A DNA stretch of 64,000 nucleotides from Candidatus Moraniibacteriota bacterium (lineage in GTDB: Bacteria; Patescibacteriota; Minisyncoccia; Moranbacterales; GCA-2747515): NCBI GenBank assembly GCA_046116545.1, contig CP175956.1, positions 1,170,912-1,234,911 of the forward strand. Direction: 5' to 3'. Shown in pieces: positions 30,297 to 41,112 of this stretch (positions within the stretch are counted from its first letter, which is position 1; each line of letters opens with the position of its first letter). The position numbers and the translations under genes were made by a program. The notes under the pieces were generated by a model, which searched no databases, had not been told where the DNA came from, and saw only the letters and a program-made list of their open reading frames with translations.

Positions 30297-32242
30297 AATA
30301 AACTTTCTCCATCAAAGTCATCTGATGGTTCTATATTTAAAATATTATAAATTGTTGGTACAATATCAACCTGCTCAATATTTGTCCGATTAATTTTTAA
30401 ATTTGTAAAAAATATACCGGGTACAAATTTCTTATCTACCATATGATCACCTGTCCACTGCTTTTCATTATCAGTTATTTCATCAACTGTAAATCCACCT
30501 ATAGCTGTTTTCCAATCAGTTCTATATCCCGGATAATAACCCAAAACAATATCTGGAGCATTATCTAATGCATCTCCATGCCATATTTCAGATGCTTTAT
30601 ATGCTTTATGAATAACTTTTTTTCCTGTTTTTTCATCAGTAATTTGCTCCAATTCTGAAATAATTTCTTCAATTAATTCTTCTTTGTCATCAACAATTCC
30701 ATTACTTTCTCTCCCAACTTGATTTATATATATTGCATTAAAGCCAATAGAATACGCCTTTGTTTTACTCCAATCAACGTATTCAAATAAAGACCCATCA
30801 TCTTTTTCTGTAATATCTTTATCTAATGTCATCAAATCATTATTTTTTAACCAAGTGTTTACATTTAACCCTCTTTCAAATGATGTAAAGCCATGATCTG
30901 ATAGAACCATCATTGCAGTATCCTCATCAATATTATTCATCACTTCTCCAATAAATTTATCTTTATTTACATAATATTGTTCTATAACATCATCATACTC
31001 AACTTTATCTGTAGAATTTTCTGCCAAAATAGTATCGGACCAATGCGTATGTTGCAACCTATCTGAAGAATCATATACAAAAGCTAATACTCCAGTATCT
31101 TTTTTTTGAAATTCATCGAATTCTCTCCAAAACATTTTATCACGCTCTTCCTCAATTTGTGCAATATGCTTCAAAAATCCATCTTCAGATAATGCTCCAT
31201 CCATAAGTCCATCAGTTTCCTCTGGCATGCCCAAGGTATAATAAAGTCCAATGTCTTTTGCTATATCAGTTGAATAATTATGCGGATAAGATATTTCAGT
31301 AATTGGATCTTCTGGATCAATTTGCATAGTTGTTACATACATCTGAAATGGTTCCATACTTTGCAAATAAGCTCTCCAAATACCACTTTTTTTACTAAAA
31401 AAATTAATATCAAATGAAGATTTCATCCAATCCGTCCATTCACCAATTGAAATTTCTTTTTCTATCTTTCCATTTATAATTTTAACTGTTTTATCATTTA
31501 CTTTTTCTAACGTTATTGGAGCTGTTATATCTTTTACTTCCCCACCCTGCATGCTTCTCGGACCATACACAATAGTATCAACAGTACCTTCTGACAAGTT
31601 TACTCTTATGATTTTATTAGACTCCTTTTCTGATTCAAACTCATTCTCGGTGTATAAAGAATACCCACTCAAAAATCCTTTTACATCTGGTACTCCTAAT
31701 CCTGCTAATGATTTGCCATTAAAATTTTCAGATGGAAATGTCATTGGCCACTTAACAACGGTTGAAGAAATACCTTTTTCTCCAATTTTTTTCCAAAAAG
31801 GCTCTTTTTTTATAAAAGAAGAGTATCTTGTTCCATTAAAAGTGTTTTCAGACTCAAATAATCCAAGAACCGGCATGTATGTATCGGGATTACGTCTGAT
31901 GAAGTCAAATATATTATGTTTTCCTGCATTTACTCCAGTGGCAATTGTAGTCCAAGCAACTGGACTCTGTGGTGGAAAAACTGTTTGCAATTCTGTACCC
32001 AATCCACTATCTGCCAATTTTTTAAAGTTTGGCATTTTGTCATCCTCCATAAGAGAATTAACTATTTTTGGATCCATTCCATCAATACCAATTAGTAAAA
32101 CTTTATTATATTCAGTATTTTTTACCATTTGTTTTTTGTTACAAAAATTTAAACATATAAATACTATACCAATCATAATAATAAATCCCATAAGAAAACT
32201 TATTATATGTGGTTTTTTTATTTTACTCATTCCATGAAACAT
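30293..32242 (-). CDS. Membrane-anchored type I phosphodiesterase/nucleotide pyrophosphatase family protein (alkaline phosphatase superfamily)
   Basis: N-terminal TM; LLIGIDGMDPKIV..MPNFKKLADSG core typical of PF01663; 4-nt overlap with cysD. Confidence 0.55.
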   Translation of the reverse strand: MFHGMSKIKKPHIISFLMGFIIMIGIVFICLNFCNKKQMVKNTEYNKVLLIGIDGMDPKIVNSLMEDDKMPNFKKLADSGLGTELQTVFPPQSPVAWTTIATGVNAGKHNIFDFIRRNPDTYMPVLGLFESENTFNGTRYSSFIKKEPFWKKIGEKGISSTVVKWPMTFPSENFNGKSLAGLGVPDVKGFLSGYSLYTENEFESEKESNKIIRVNLSEGTVDTIVYGPRSMQGGEVKDITAPITLEKVNDKTVKIINGKIEKEISIGEWTDWMKSSFDINFFSKKSGIWRAYLQSMEPFQMYVTTMQIDPEDPITEISYPHNYSTDIAKDIGLYYTLGMPEETDGLMDGALSEDGFLKHIAQIEEERDKMFWREFDEFQKKDTGVLAFVYDSSDRLQHTHWSDTILAENSTDKVEYDDVIEQYYVNKDKFIGEVMNNIDEDTAMMVLSDHGFTSFERGLNVNTWLKNNDLMTLDKDITEKDDGSLFEYVDWSKTKAYSIGFNAIYINQVGRESNGIVDDKEELIEEIISELEQITDEKTGKKVIHKAYKASEIWHGDALDNAPDIVLGYYPGYRTDWKTAIGGFTVDEITDNEKQWTGDHMVDKKFVPGIFFTNLKINRTNIEQVDIVPTIYNILNIEPSDDFDGESLL

Positions 32243-32251
32243 AATTCACAC

Positions 32252-32536
32252 CTATATAAAAAATGAAATACAAATCCATACAATACCAATTAAAACTAAT
32301 ACTGCTAATATAATTATTAATTTTCCAAATACATTCCAGTTCCAAAGTTTTTTAATTTTCATCAATGTTGCAACAGCAAGGCTCCCAAAAAATGCAAATA
32401 CCAATCCAATTCCAGCACCAAGTCCTCCAACAACACTCCCAGCTGTTCCAGGGTCAATGTAGGCATACACACTTTGTACTTGCACAGCAGTTACTATTAC
32501 CAACGATAAACACAGACTTATATACTTCATATTCAC
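32252..32536 (-). CDS. Small membrane protein (signal peptide plus Gly-zipper TM)
   Basis: 94 aa; GGLGAGIGLVFAFFG motif; lies in the operon between two AlkP-family genes. Confidence 0.4.
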   Translation of the reverse strand: MNMKYISLCLSLVIVTAVQVQSVYAYIDPGTAGSVVGGLGAGIGLVFAFFGSLAVATLMKIKKLWNWNVFGKLIIILAVLVLIGIVWICISFFI

Positions 32537-32544
32537 TTTTTATT

Positions 32545-33999
32545 TTATTTAAGATACCCTAATGACTTTAATATCTGGATTTCCTCTTCTGTTAATTTTA
32601 TCTCTTCATTTGTTATATTTCCAGCCTTAAGCATCAACTCTAACTGATCAATCATTGCAGTTGCTATTTCTGGATTTCCTTCTAAAACATTCTCATCTTC
32701 ACCATTATTCATATCATATAATACATACTCTATTTCTTCTACATCATTCACAGAATTCACAAATCGAATCAACTTCCATTCATCCGTTCGTAGTGTAGCT
32801 CGCAATCCCTTACCAAACTTCTTTTTGCCATTATTAATTTTCTGTTTTTTACCAGCTTTTGCCTCTACCAATTCATTTTCTACATATTTTAATATACTAA
32901 ATGTAAAATCATTTATTTTTGCAACTTCTCCATTTATAAGTGGCACTAAACTACTTCCCTCAACCTCTTTTGGTACATCTATACTTAACATATCCAAAAT
33001 TGTAGGTAAGATATCTATTGATTGAGTTAACTCCTCAACCTCTTCTCCAATATATTTATTTGCTGGATTATATATTACTAATGGAACATGTATTTCTTCA
33101 TCATAAACTGTCTGATAATGCCCTCTAGTTAATTGATTTGGTGTATTAGGTGCAAATAAACCTTTTTCATGTTCTCCAAAAGCTTCCCCGTGATCTGAAG
33201 TTATAACTATGATAGTTTTATCATCAATTTTCAACTCTCGCAATAGCTCAATTATACGGTTAAATTGATAGTCCACATGTTTAATTTCACCATCATAACG
33301 TCTTTGCATATACAAAAACTTATCAAATTCTTCTTCAGGACTATCTGGATAAACATATTCTGCAGGTGGCTTGTATGGATCATGAGGATCCCAATAATGA
33401 ATCCATGTAAAAAATTTACGCTCACTATTATCTTGTATCCATGTAATCGCCTTATCAGTTACTTCTTGTGCTGTATTATCCTTTCTCGCTGCAGGTGTTA
33501 AGTCAATCATATCGAACCCAGGCACCAAACTGTGTACCATTTTACTCCCCATAAATGCAATTGTTGCATAATGATTTTCTTTTAAGATTTTTGCAATAAA
33601 AGGCAAATCTGTATCATCCGGCCCACCATCTTCTATAGGTATTCCTGGAGAGTAATGTTTATGTGTATGAGGATATGTACCACTCATGATAGACCAATGC
33701 GATGTTGGTGTGTATGGCATCTGTACAAAATTATTTTTAAATAGAATGCCCTTTTTTGCTAATTTATCAATTAAAGTTGTCGTGTCCCTATCATAACCAT
33801 ACGAAGAAAAATGATCTGCTCTAGTTGTATCCATTGTAACTAAAATTACATTGCAATCTTCACATGACTCTCTCACAACGTCCATGATATCAGACTCTTT
33901 TTTTGGTAGCACCTCTCTACTATAAAAGATTACTACTGTGATTATTAATAAGATAACAACTGCAATAATTGATTTTTTTTCTTTTACTTGAATTTTCAT
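32545..33999 (-). CDS. Sulfatase-like hydrolase/transferase (alkaline phosphatase superfamily), membrane-anchored; probably not a formylglycine sulfatase
   Basis: N-terminal TM; metal-site motifs MDTTRADHF and SDHGE; no C/S-x-P-x-R sulfatase signature found. Confidence 0.6.
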   Translation of the reverse strand: MKIQVKEKKSIIAVVILLIITVVIFYSREVLPKKESDIMDVVRESCEDCNVILVTMDTTRADHFSSYGYDRDTTTLIDKLAKKGILFKNNFVQMPYTPTSHWSIMSGTYPHTHKHYSPGIPIEDGGPDDTDLPFIAKILKENHYATIAFMGSKMVHSLVPGFDMIDLTPAARKDNTAQEVTDKAITWIQDNSERKFFTWIHYWDPHDPYKPPAEYVYPDSPEEEFDKFLYMQRRYDGEIKHVDYQFNRIIELLRELKIDDKTIIVITSDHGEAFGEHEKGLFAPNTPNQLTRGHYQTVYDEEIHVPLVIYNPANKYIGEEVEELTQSIDILPTILDMLSIDVPKEVEGSSLVPLINGEVAKINDFTFSILKYVENELVEAKAGKKQKINNGKKKFGKGLRATLRTDEWKLIRFVNSVNDVEEIEYVLYDMNNGEDENVLEGNPEIATAMIDQLELMLKAGNITNEEIKLTEEEIQILKSLGYLK

Positions 34000-34085
34000 A
34001 TCGCTTCAAAAAATGTTTATTATTTTGTATTAATCAATGATACAGTCTGAATCTATATTTTACAAATAATTTTTAATATATGCCC

Positions 34086-35717
34086 TTATCGTGCACTACT
34101 CTGCTCTTCGTTTGCTACTTGTGGTCTACCAAATATGCTTATTATTATTTTTTTCTTTATAGTTTCAAATTCTTTCATTCCAAATACTGACGTTACTACC
34201 AAGTATGTAATTATTCCAAAACCTCCTGCTATCACTAATTGAACTATTACAGCCCACACAAATTTTAAAGGCAACAAATCTCCCAAAATATTTCTAGTAA
34301 AATATGTAACTATAAATACAACAAAAGTAGAAATAGCTATCTGCATAGCTGTTCTAAGTGTATTTCTATATTCACAATCTTCTACATGTCTATGTAATAT
34401 TACAAACAATAAAGTTGCATTCAAAATGGCAGTTGCTGAAAACGCAACCGCTATAGCATAAATGCCAATTTGTCGTATTAACACTGTTATTACAATTACA
34501 TTAAAAATTTGAGCCCCTATTGCTATATATAACGGTGTCTTTGTGTTTTGCATAGCATAAAAACCTCTTGCTAAAAGAGGGATTACACTCTGAGCAAATA
34601 AACTCACACAAAGTATTCCAAGGACTTGATAAGTTAACGTTGTATCATCTGCATCAAAATGTCCAGCTCCATATACAACCCTTACAATTTGCTCTCTAAG
34701 TACAAAAAATATAATACTGAGTGGCACTGCATAATATAATATCCTACGCAATGTTTGTGATAATATTCCTGCAAATGCTTTAAAGTCCTTTATGGCAAAT
34801 TTATTTGATAACACTGGAAATGCTGCAATTGCAAATGGAACTCCTACTAATCCTAGTACTACACTCTGGATATTTATTGCAAAAGTAAATACTGTAAGGC
34901 TTCCTGCAGCTAATAATGATGCGAAGAAAGTTATTAATAATAATGATATTTGACTTGAAGCACTGGAAAACATCCTCGGCAACATTAACCTTAATATTTT
35001 AATAACATCTTTATTTTTGTATGGATTTTGCTTTAATAACGTAATTTTTACATCAGTAAATCTCACAGCTATTATGTGTATCATAAAATGTAATAACGCT
35101 CCTAAAACAACACCATATGCCAATCCTATCAACCCCATCTTTGGTGCTATTATAGTTGCTCCAATTATTATTCCAATATTATAAAATATAGGAGCTGTTG
35201 AATATAATACAAATCTTCTAAAAGATACTAGCACTCCACCTAAAACTGCACTTGCTGCTAGAAAGATTGGACTTAAAAACATAATTCTTGCAAGATCTAC
35301 TGTCTCTGCCATTTTTTCAGCAGGAAATCCAGGAACAATTACATGCATAAGCGTTGGTGCAAATATTATCCCAATAATTGACATTACCACCATAGCAGAA
35401 ACAACTACAGCAAACACATCACTAACAGCTTTCCACGCTCTATCTTTATTATCTTCCGTTATAAGCTTGCTAAATACTGGTATAAAAGCAGCACCCAATG
35501 CACCCATAACTAATAGCTCAAATGTTAGATCAGGAAGCCTAAATGCAGCGTAATAAATATCCAAATCATCACCAGCACCATAATGAGATGCTAATATTCT
35601 ATCCCTCACAAGACCCAAAATTCTACTAATAATACCAAAAAACGCAACAACCAATGCTCCTGCAGCAATTGATTGTCTTGTTGACTTTGTAACAAATTGT
35701 TTTACATTAGCTATCAT
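34086..35717 (-). CDS. murJ: Lipid II flippase MurJ/MviN
   Basis: 543 aa, about 14 TM; N-terminal region with conserved Arg residues typical of MurJ (GLVRDRILASHYGAGDDLDIYYAAFRLPD). Confidence 0.85.
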   Translation of the reverse strand: MIANVKQFVTKSTRQSIAAGALVVAFFGIISRILGLVRDRILASHYGAGDDLDIYYAAFRLPDLTFELLVMGALGAAFIPVFSKLITEDNKDRAWKAVSDVFAVVVSAMVVMSIIGIIFAPTLMHVIVPGFPAEKMAETVDLARIMFLSPIFLAASAVLGGVLVSFRRFVLYSTAPIFYNIGIIIGATIIAPKMGLIGLAYGVVLGALLHFMIHIIAVRFTDVKITLLKQNPYKNKDVIKILRLMLPRMFSSASSQISLLLITFFASLLAAGSLTVFTFAINIQSVVLGLVGVPFAIAAFPVLSNKFAIKDFKAFAGILSQTLRRILYYAVPLSIIFFVLREQIVRVVYGAGHFDADDTTLTYQVLGILCVSLFAQSVIPLLARGFYAMQNTKTPLYIAIGAQIFNVIVITVLIRQIGIYAIAVAFSATAILNATLLFVILHRHVEDCEYRNTLRTAMQIAISTFVVFIVTYFTRNILGDLLPLKFVWAVIVQLVIAGGFGIITYLVVTSVFGMKEFETIKKKIIISIFGRPQVANEEQSSAR

Positions 35718-35778
35718 CTTTGATAATTCTATAATACTGTATAACTATATAGCGTTTTACCCACTAAATCAACCATTA

Positions 35779-38208
35779 TTAACCCTCTCTAAATACTACT
35801 CCGTGATATCTATCTATTTTCAAATCATTTTTCATAATATCATCATCACTTGAATTCCACACCTCTGCAAAACTATCATGTAATTTTACATTACTCTCAA
35901 TTATAGATCTCTCACTACCAGACTGTTTCTGAAATAGTACTGCATATGACCCAAATTTTCCAAATTCATCCGACTCAAAATCAACACGAAATGGCAATCT
36001 ATATTTATATGTTACTGTCACACTTTCCTGTGGAGATACATACACCCAATTAGCAAACACTGTTTTTCCATGTTCATCATAAATTCTAGTACCAGTTTCT
36101 TTATCTATATAGATACCATTTTCTTCTCTTTCTACATCAGGATCTCTTTCATAACCCAATTCATCATAATTTAATCGCTCCTCATTAATCTCCCTAGTGT
36201 GACCTTCCACTGATATAAATTCAGAACCTTTTGGAACATAAATTCTCATATAATTGGAATTAACAGCGTCCCACCAAGGAAATCCTGTTTTACCACCTTC
36301 ATGTACTCTACGCACTTGTACAGTATTTATAATATAACCATAACCATCTATCTCAGCTGTATGTTTAATTGTTTCATCTATAACCCCATCAGTTTTAAAC
36401 CCATTTATATTTGTATTTATCACACTCAAATAATCTTTATCTGTTTGTAAAATAGATCCACTCCAACCCTTATCTTCAATAATATTTTGCACCTCCTCAT
36501 CAGACATATAAATCATAATATGTCGCTCCTTTAATCCACTAGACACGGCTTCGATTAATTTTGATAAATTTTTTGGATTTTCTCTATTTGATAATTTTTC
36601 TATTAATATTGGCATTAAATCTGATAATACTTTCTTTGGCTGCTTTTGTGCTTCCTCATCTTCATTTAATTCATTGACTGAAATCTTTAAACTCTCATTT
36701 TCAATATCATCTACACTATCAACATTTACTTCTTTATTATTATCACTTTTTGATTTATAGTTTTCTTCATCCTCTACCTCATCTTGCATTACCTCCATAA
36801 AATTATTACTCGTCAAAATCATTTCATACTGTGGTAACGCTATTGGTCCTGTGATTTCTAAAAATTTTTCCATCATAACAGGTGTGATAGTTATAACACC
36901 ATCAACTGTTGGACCACCTGTTCTTTCATAAAAATCCATTGCTTTTTTTGCTGACAACGGAAAATCAACAAACCAGTTACTATCATGCATGCTCCAATTG
37001 GCTGATATTTTTTGTATTGGCAACGGGGGTACAATTCTATCCATCAATTGACCATCTGGATTGTATATATCATCAACTATAATCTTCTCTATATGACCAT
37101 TCTTCATTTTCAAAATGCCATAACTACCTATAAAACCTCCCGTGGCTCTCATCTCATGGTTATTTTGGAATAAAAATAAATATGTTTTTTGTCCATTTGC
37201 TCCCAATAATGTCTCTATTGCACCTCTAGATTCAACAGCTTCATTCAATGATTTTGCAACAATCGGTAATGTTTCTTTCATTTGCACAAATGTCTCTCTA
37301 TACTCACTTGGAACATCATCTAAATGAACTTGAGCTATATGTTCATTTGCTTTTGTAATATCATCATTAGCAATTTCCATCCTATCAGCCAGCATGCTAT
37401 ATAATTTCAAAAAAGAAATATGTGCACCATCAACAGATACAATTGGATTATCTGAGCCTATAACCTCTGGAATTACAGAATGAAAGGCTGTTGCAGTATG
37501 TGTCAAATATTTTCCAGCCTCTATTATATGATTTCCACTTGATAATTTTGAGGCTCCTGGTATAAACTGTGATATAAATGTCGCAAATCTATTTATTTTA
37601 TTCATTTCTTCGGATGCAAATAGAAATTCATCATGAGCATTTTTCAATTCTTCTCCAGAACTATCAAAATCACTAACACTTAACCCAGCTGCTGCTACCT
37701 TAATCGAATCTATAGCCCTCTTACCAGCTCCATCTATACGATTTTTTACAGCCCATGCTGTTCCAATGAATAAAAAACTACTCATAATAAAAACGAATGC
37801 TACTGCAACAATAGCAAATCGAGATGATATATATTTTGACATTATCACACTATTTTGTGAAAAAATTGGCAAATCTGACAAAGTAAATGTTGCGTATTTT
37901 TCTTCAGTTTCTTGATTATCTGACTCAAATTTAATTTGGTCATCTTCTTTGTTATCAATCTTTATGCTTTCATTCGCATAATTTTCTTCAGAATCCATTT
38001 CTGAATTTGCTCCCATTGCAACATCGTATTGCGTTGCCCCTATTGCACTATCTTCAAAATCATTTAAATGTTCAACATCATAACGCATCCCTAATTCATA
38101 CACATGATACTCATTATCTTTATTTTCTTGTGTGCCAAAATCAGATGACTGAACATCTTTATTAAAATTATTTTCAACTTTATTTTGTTTTGATACTACA
38201 CCATCCAT
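35779..38208 (-). CDS. DUF4012-like protein with acidic N-terminal region and TM anchor
   Basis: 809 aa; NNHEMRATGGFIGSYG core that I recall as the DUF4012 signature; this family often flanks glycosyltransferase loci. Confidence 0.55.
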   Translation of the reverse strand: MDGVVSKQNKVENNFNKDVQSSDFGTQENKDNEYHVYELGMRYDVEHLNDFEDSAIGATQYDVAMGANSEMDSEENYANESIKIDNKEDDQIKFESDNQETEEKYATFTLSDLPIFSQNSVIMSKYISSRFAIVAVAFVFIMSSFLFIGTAWAVKNRIDGAGKRAIDSIKVAAAGLSVSDFDSSGEELKNAHDEFLFASEEMNKINRFATFISQFIPGASKLSSGNHIIEAGKYLTHTATAFHSVIPEVIGSDNPIVSVDGAHISFLKLYSMLADRMEIANDDITKANEHIAQVHLDDVPSEYRETFVQMKETLPIVAKSLNEAVESRGAIETLLGANGQKTYLFLFQNNHEMRATGGFIGSYGILKMKNGHIEKIIVDDIYNPDGQLMDRIVPPLPIQKISANWSMHDSNWFVDFPLSAKKAMDFYERTGGPTVDGVITITPVMMEKFLEITGPIALPQYEMILTSNNFMEVMQDEVEDEENYKSKSDNNKEVNVDSVDDIENESLKISVNELNEDEEAQKQPKKVLSDLMPILIEKLSNRENPKNLSKLIEAVSSGLKERHIMIYMSDEEVQNIIEDKGWSGSILQTDKDYLSVINTNINGFKTDGVIDETIKHTAEIDGYGYIINTVQVRRVHEGGKTGFPWWDAVNSNYMRIYVPKGSEFISVEGHTREINEERLNYDELGYERDPDVEREENGIYIDKETGTRIYDEHGKTVFANWVYVSPQESVTVTYKYRLPFRVDFESDEFGKFGSYAVLFQKQSGSERSIIESNVKLHDSFAEVWNSSDDDIMKNDLKIDRYHGVVFREG

Positions 38209-38211
38209 ATT

Positions 38212-39336
38212 TTAAATTTTGTTTGTATATATATCATGTATTTCTTGTGCCATTTTTTGCCAAGAATATTTTTTTGCATTCTTATAACCATCTTGCACTA
38301 GTCTTTTTCTTAACTCATTATCATTAGAAATAGTTTTCATCGCATCTGCAAATTCTTCTACATTCTCCACATCACAATATAATGCACCATTATCAGATAA
38401 TATTTCTCTCATACATGCATGTTCTGATGAAAGAACTGGAACACTCAGCAACTGCGCTTCTAATGGAGGAAGTCCAAATCCTTCATACAACGAAGGAAAT
38501 ACAAAAAATTCAGATTCTTTGTATAAAGCAAATAGCATTTTGTCAGTAACTGTACTCAATATATTAACGCCTTTCACATCATATTTGTTAATATATAATT
38601 TTAATTCATTGTAAAAATAATCATTCTTACCCACTAAAATCAATTCTTTAACTGTACCACCAGATTTAACATATTTATCAAATGCATCTACTAATTTGTA
38701 CAGATTTTTATGAGGATACGCATTACCAACATAAAGCATGTACTTATTCATTATACCATACTTTTTTATAATACTCTCACTATCTTTTATATCAGTATCC
38801 ACAATTTCAGCAGATTCCTTCACTACGTCAATCTTGTCGCAAGCAAATTCATATTTATTGCAAATATCTGACTTTGTAAATTCTGATACAGCAATAATTC
38901 TGCTAGCTCTAGTAATTGCACTAAATATTACAAACCTATACATAATGTATTTAATCCAATATACAAATGCATTACGAGTTGATGCTTTTTTTGTATGATG
39001 ATACAACAATATAAGATCATGTATGGTAACCATAAATTTACCAAAATACAAAACCGGTACATTAAAATGCGGAAAATGTACAAAATCACATTTTTGTTTA
39101 TACAGTACAAATGGGAAAAATATTTGTTCAGCAAAAGAATACCACCGATAATCTGCTTTTACTTTTGTGAATTTTTTATTTTTAGGAACATATTCATCAA
39201 AATTATTTTCACGTAAAAAAATAACATATTCATTTTCACAATCAACGTCCTCTAAGTGTTCTATTAATTTTTGAGTATACCTACCAAGTCCCTTACTGTC
39301 AGGACCAAAGAAACGTGCATCTATTCCAATTTTCAT
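38212..39336 (-). CDS. GT4-family glycosyltransferase
   Basis: C-terminal EGFGLPPLEA motif (the E-x7-E-like region of GT-B/GT4). Confidence 0.75.
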   Translation of the reverse strand: MKIGIDARFFGPDSKGLGRYTQKLIEHLEDVDCENEYVIFLRENNFDEYVPKNKKFTKVKADYRWYSFAEQIFFPFVLYKQKCDFVHFPHFNVPVLYFGKFMVTIHDLILLYHHTKKASTRNAFVYWIKYIMYRFVIFSAITRASRIIAVSEFTKSDICNKYEFACDKIDVVKESAEIVDTDIKDSESIIKKYGIMNKYMLYVGNAYPHKNLYKLVDAFDKYVKSGGTVKELILVGKNDYFYNELKLYINKYDVKGVNILSTVTDKMLFALYKESEFFVFPSLYEGFGLPPLEAQLLSVPVLSSEHACMREILSDNGALYCDVENVEEFADAMKTISNDNELRKRLVQDGYKNAKKYSWQKMAQEIHDIYTNKI

Positions 39337-39362
39337 ATAATTAAATTATACCAAAATTATGA

Positions 39363-40502
39363 TTACATTTCCATACATTTCATAAATATAAATGAAGAAT
39401 CTTTCCATTGGGTTTCTCCTATTTGCTTTTCTCCAACATTTAAGACTTCACTTATTTTTTTATCTATGATTGAAAATTTCATAGCATCTTTTAGCTCATC
39501 TGGACGCATTGGGTTTATCATTATTGCGTTTTTACCAATGACTTCTGGTAAAGACGTTGTATTTGAAGCTATTACGGGTGTTCCACACGCCAATGATTCT
39601 AATGGCGGAAATCCAAAGCCTTCAAAAAATGAAGGATATATGAACAATGAAGCCAGAACATACAGTGATTCTTTTTCTTCTTCTGGCACATCTGTTATAA
39701 AAATAATATCATTAACATATTTTGATTTATTTGCTGTATCATATATATTTTCACTCTTCCAACCATTTGCTCCAGCTATCACCAATTTATGAGTAATTTG
39801 TTTATTCTCAAATCTCAATTTATCATACGCTCTTATGATATTTGCTATATTCTTTCGAGGCTCTATTGTTCCAAAATATAAAATAAATTTATACGGAAGA
39901 TTATATTTTTCTTTTACATCTATCATTTCTAAGGCATTTCTATCGATTTTTCCACTTATAAGTGATTGTCCATTTAGTGTTACACTGACCTTTTTTTTAT
40001 CAATGCCATATGTCTGACACACATCAACTTTAGTAGCTTCTGACACTACAAAAATATGCTCAGCACAACTAGCTATTAATCTGGAATTTACAAAAAAATG
40101 CCAAAAACTACGTTTCCACGAAAATGTAGTTTCAAAATGTTCAAATGACAAATCATGAATTGTAAGAAATAAGGGAACGCTACATGACACAGCATAAAAA
40201 TTGCTATTTGGCATAAAAAATCTATCAACACCACCGCATAGCTTATCCAACCTAGGATAATTCAGAAACCACATACTTAAATTTAATAACTTATTTGGAA
40301 TTGCATATTTTTTTACAGTTACATTCTCATATTTTGTTGCCCAAGAAAAATCAATATCAACATTTTTCCACGCATTAAAAAAAAGAATATATTCATTATT
40401 CCTATCAAGTTCAAAAATAGCAGTTAATGCTTTTTTTGAGTACTCTTCAATTCCTGTGTTTTTCCCTCTAGCAAAACACCTAACATCTATGCCTATGCGC
40501 AT
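39363..40502 (-). CDS. GT4-family glycosyltransferase
   Basis: EGFGFPPLESLACGTPVI motif. Confidence 0.75.
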   Translation of the reverse strand: MRIGIDVRCFARGKNTGIEEYSKKALTAIFELDRNNEYILFFNAWKNVDIDFSWATKYENVTVKKYAIPNKLLNLSMWFLNYPRLDKLCGGVDRFFMPNSNFYAVSCSVPLFLTIHDLSFEHFETTFSWKRSFWHFFVNSRLIASCAEHIFVVSEATKVDVCQTYGIDKKKVSVTLNGQSLISGKIDRNALEMIDVKEKYNLPYKFILYFGTIEPRKNIANIIRAYDKLRFENKQITHKLVIAGANGWKSENIYDTANKSKYVNDIIFITDVPEEEKESLYVLASLFIYPSFFEGFGFPPLESLACGTPVIASNTTSLPEVIGKNAIMINPMRPDELKDAMKFSIIDKKISEVLNVGEKQIGETQWKDSSFIFMKCMEM

Positions 40503-40505
40503 AAT

Positions 40506-41108
40506 TTATTTATCATCTATCATATAATGCCTTATCATAACAGCCCAAAATGCCACAAAAAATCCCAAAAATAAACTAACTCCAAAAATAAATATTAATG
40601 ACTTATTAGCATTCTCAGTTATTGGCTCACTACCCAAAATCACAAACCAATTTTCTTGATCCTGTTTTTGATTTAATTTTTGGGATTCCTCGTTTAATAA
40701 AATTACTAATTTTTTGGAAACGTTTTTTGCATCTTTTTTGGAAAAAGTTACAAATTCCACATTCACAACCTGTGATGAAAGTCTTTTAGCATCAAACTTC
40801 TTTTTATTAAAAAGCATGCTATTTGTATCAATTTCATCAAATACATTTACAATAATGTGCGGAGCTTGAATCCATCTAACTACAGTATCCGCAAATCGCT
40901 CATCCGCTTGCAATCTATAAAAATCATCATAAGAATATTCTTTTACTTTTACTGACACATCTCTAGTTATGTTCAATGTCAATATAGTTTTATAAGTTTG
41001 TGTTTGAGTAAAATAAAAAATACTTCCAATAATTAAGAAAATAGCTATTATACCAAAAAATAACTTCTTATGTATTTGAAACATTTTAAAAAATTCTTTT
41101 AACTCCAT
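40506..41108 (-). CDS. Small bitopic protein, Wzz/polysaccharide co-polymerase-like (tentative)
   Basis: TM near both the N- and C-terminus with a soluble middle; sits inside the glycosyltransferase cluster. Confidence 0.35.
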   Translation of the reverse strand: MELKEFFKMFQIHKKLFFGIIAIFLIIGSIFYFTQTQTYKTILTLNITRDVSVKVKEYSYDDFYRLQADERFADTVVRWIQAPHIIVNVFDEIDTNSMLFNKKKFDAKRLSSQVVNVEFVTFSKKDAKNVSKKLVILLNEESQKLNQKQDQENWFVILGSEPITENANKSLIFIFGVSLFLGFFVAFWAVMIRHYMIDDK

Positions 41109-41112
41109 AAAT

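Noticed and set aside
32545-33999. A true formylglycine-dependent sulfatase
   Set aside because: No C/S-x-P-x-R motif was found and the nucleophile region reads DTTRADH. This places it in the broader alkaline-phosphatase or sulfatase-like transferase group instead
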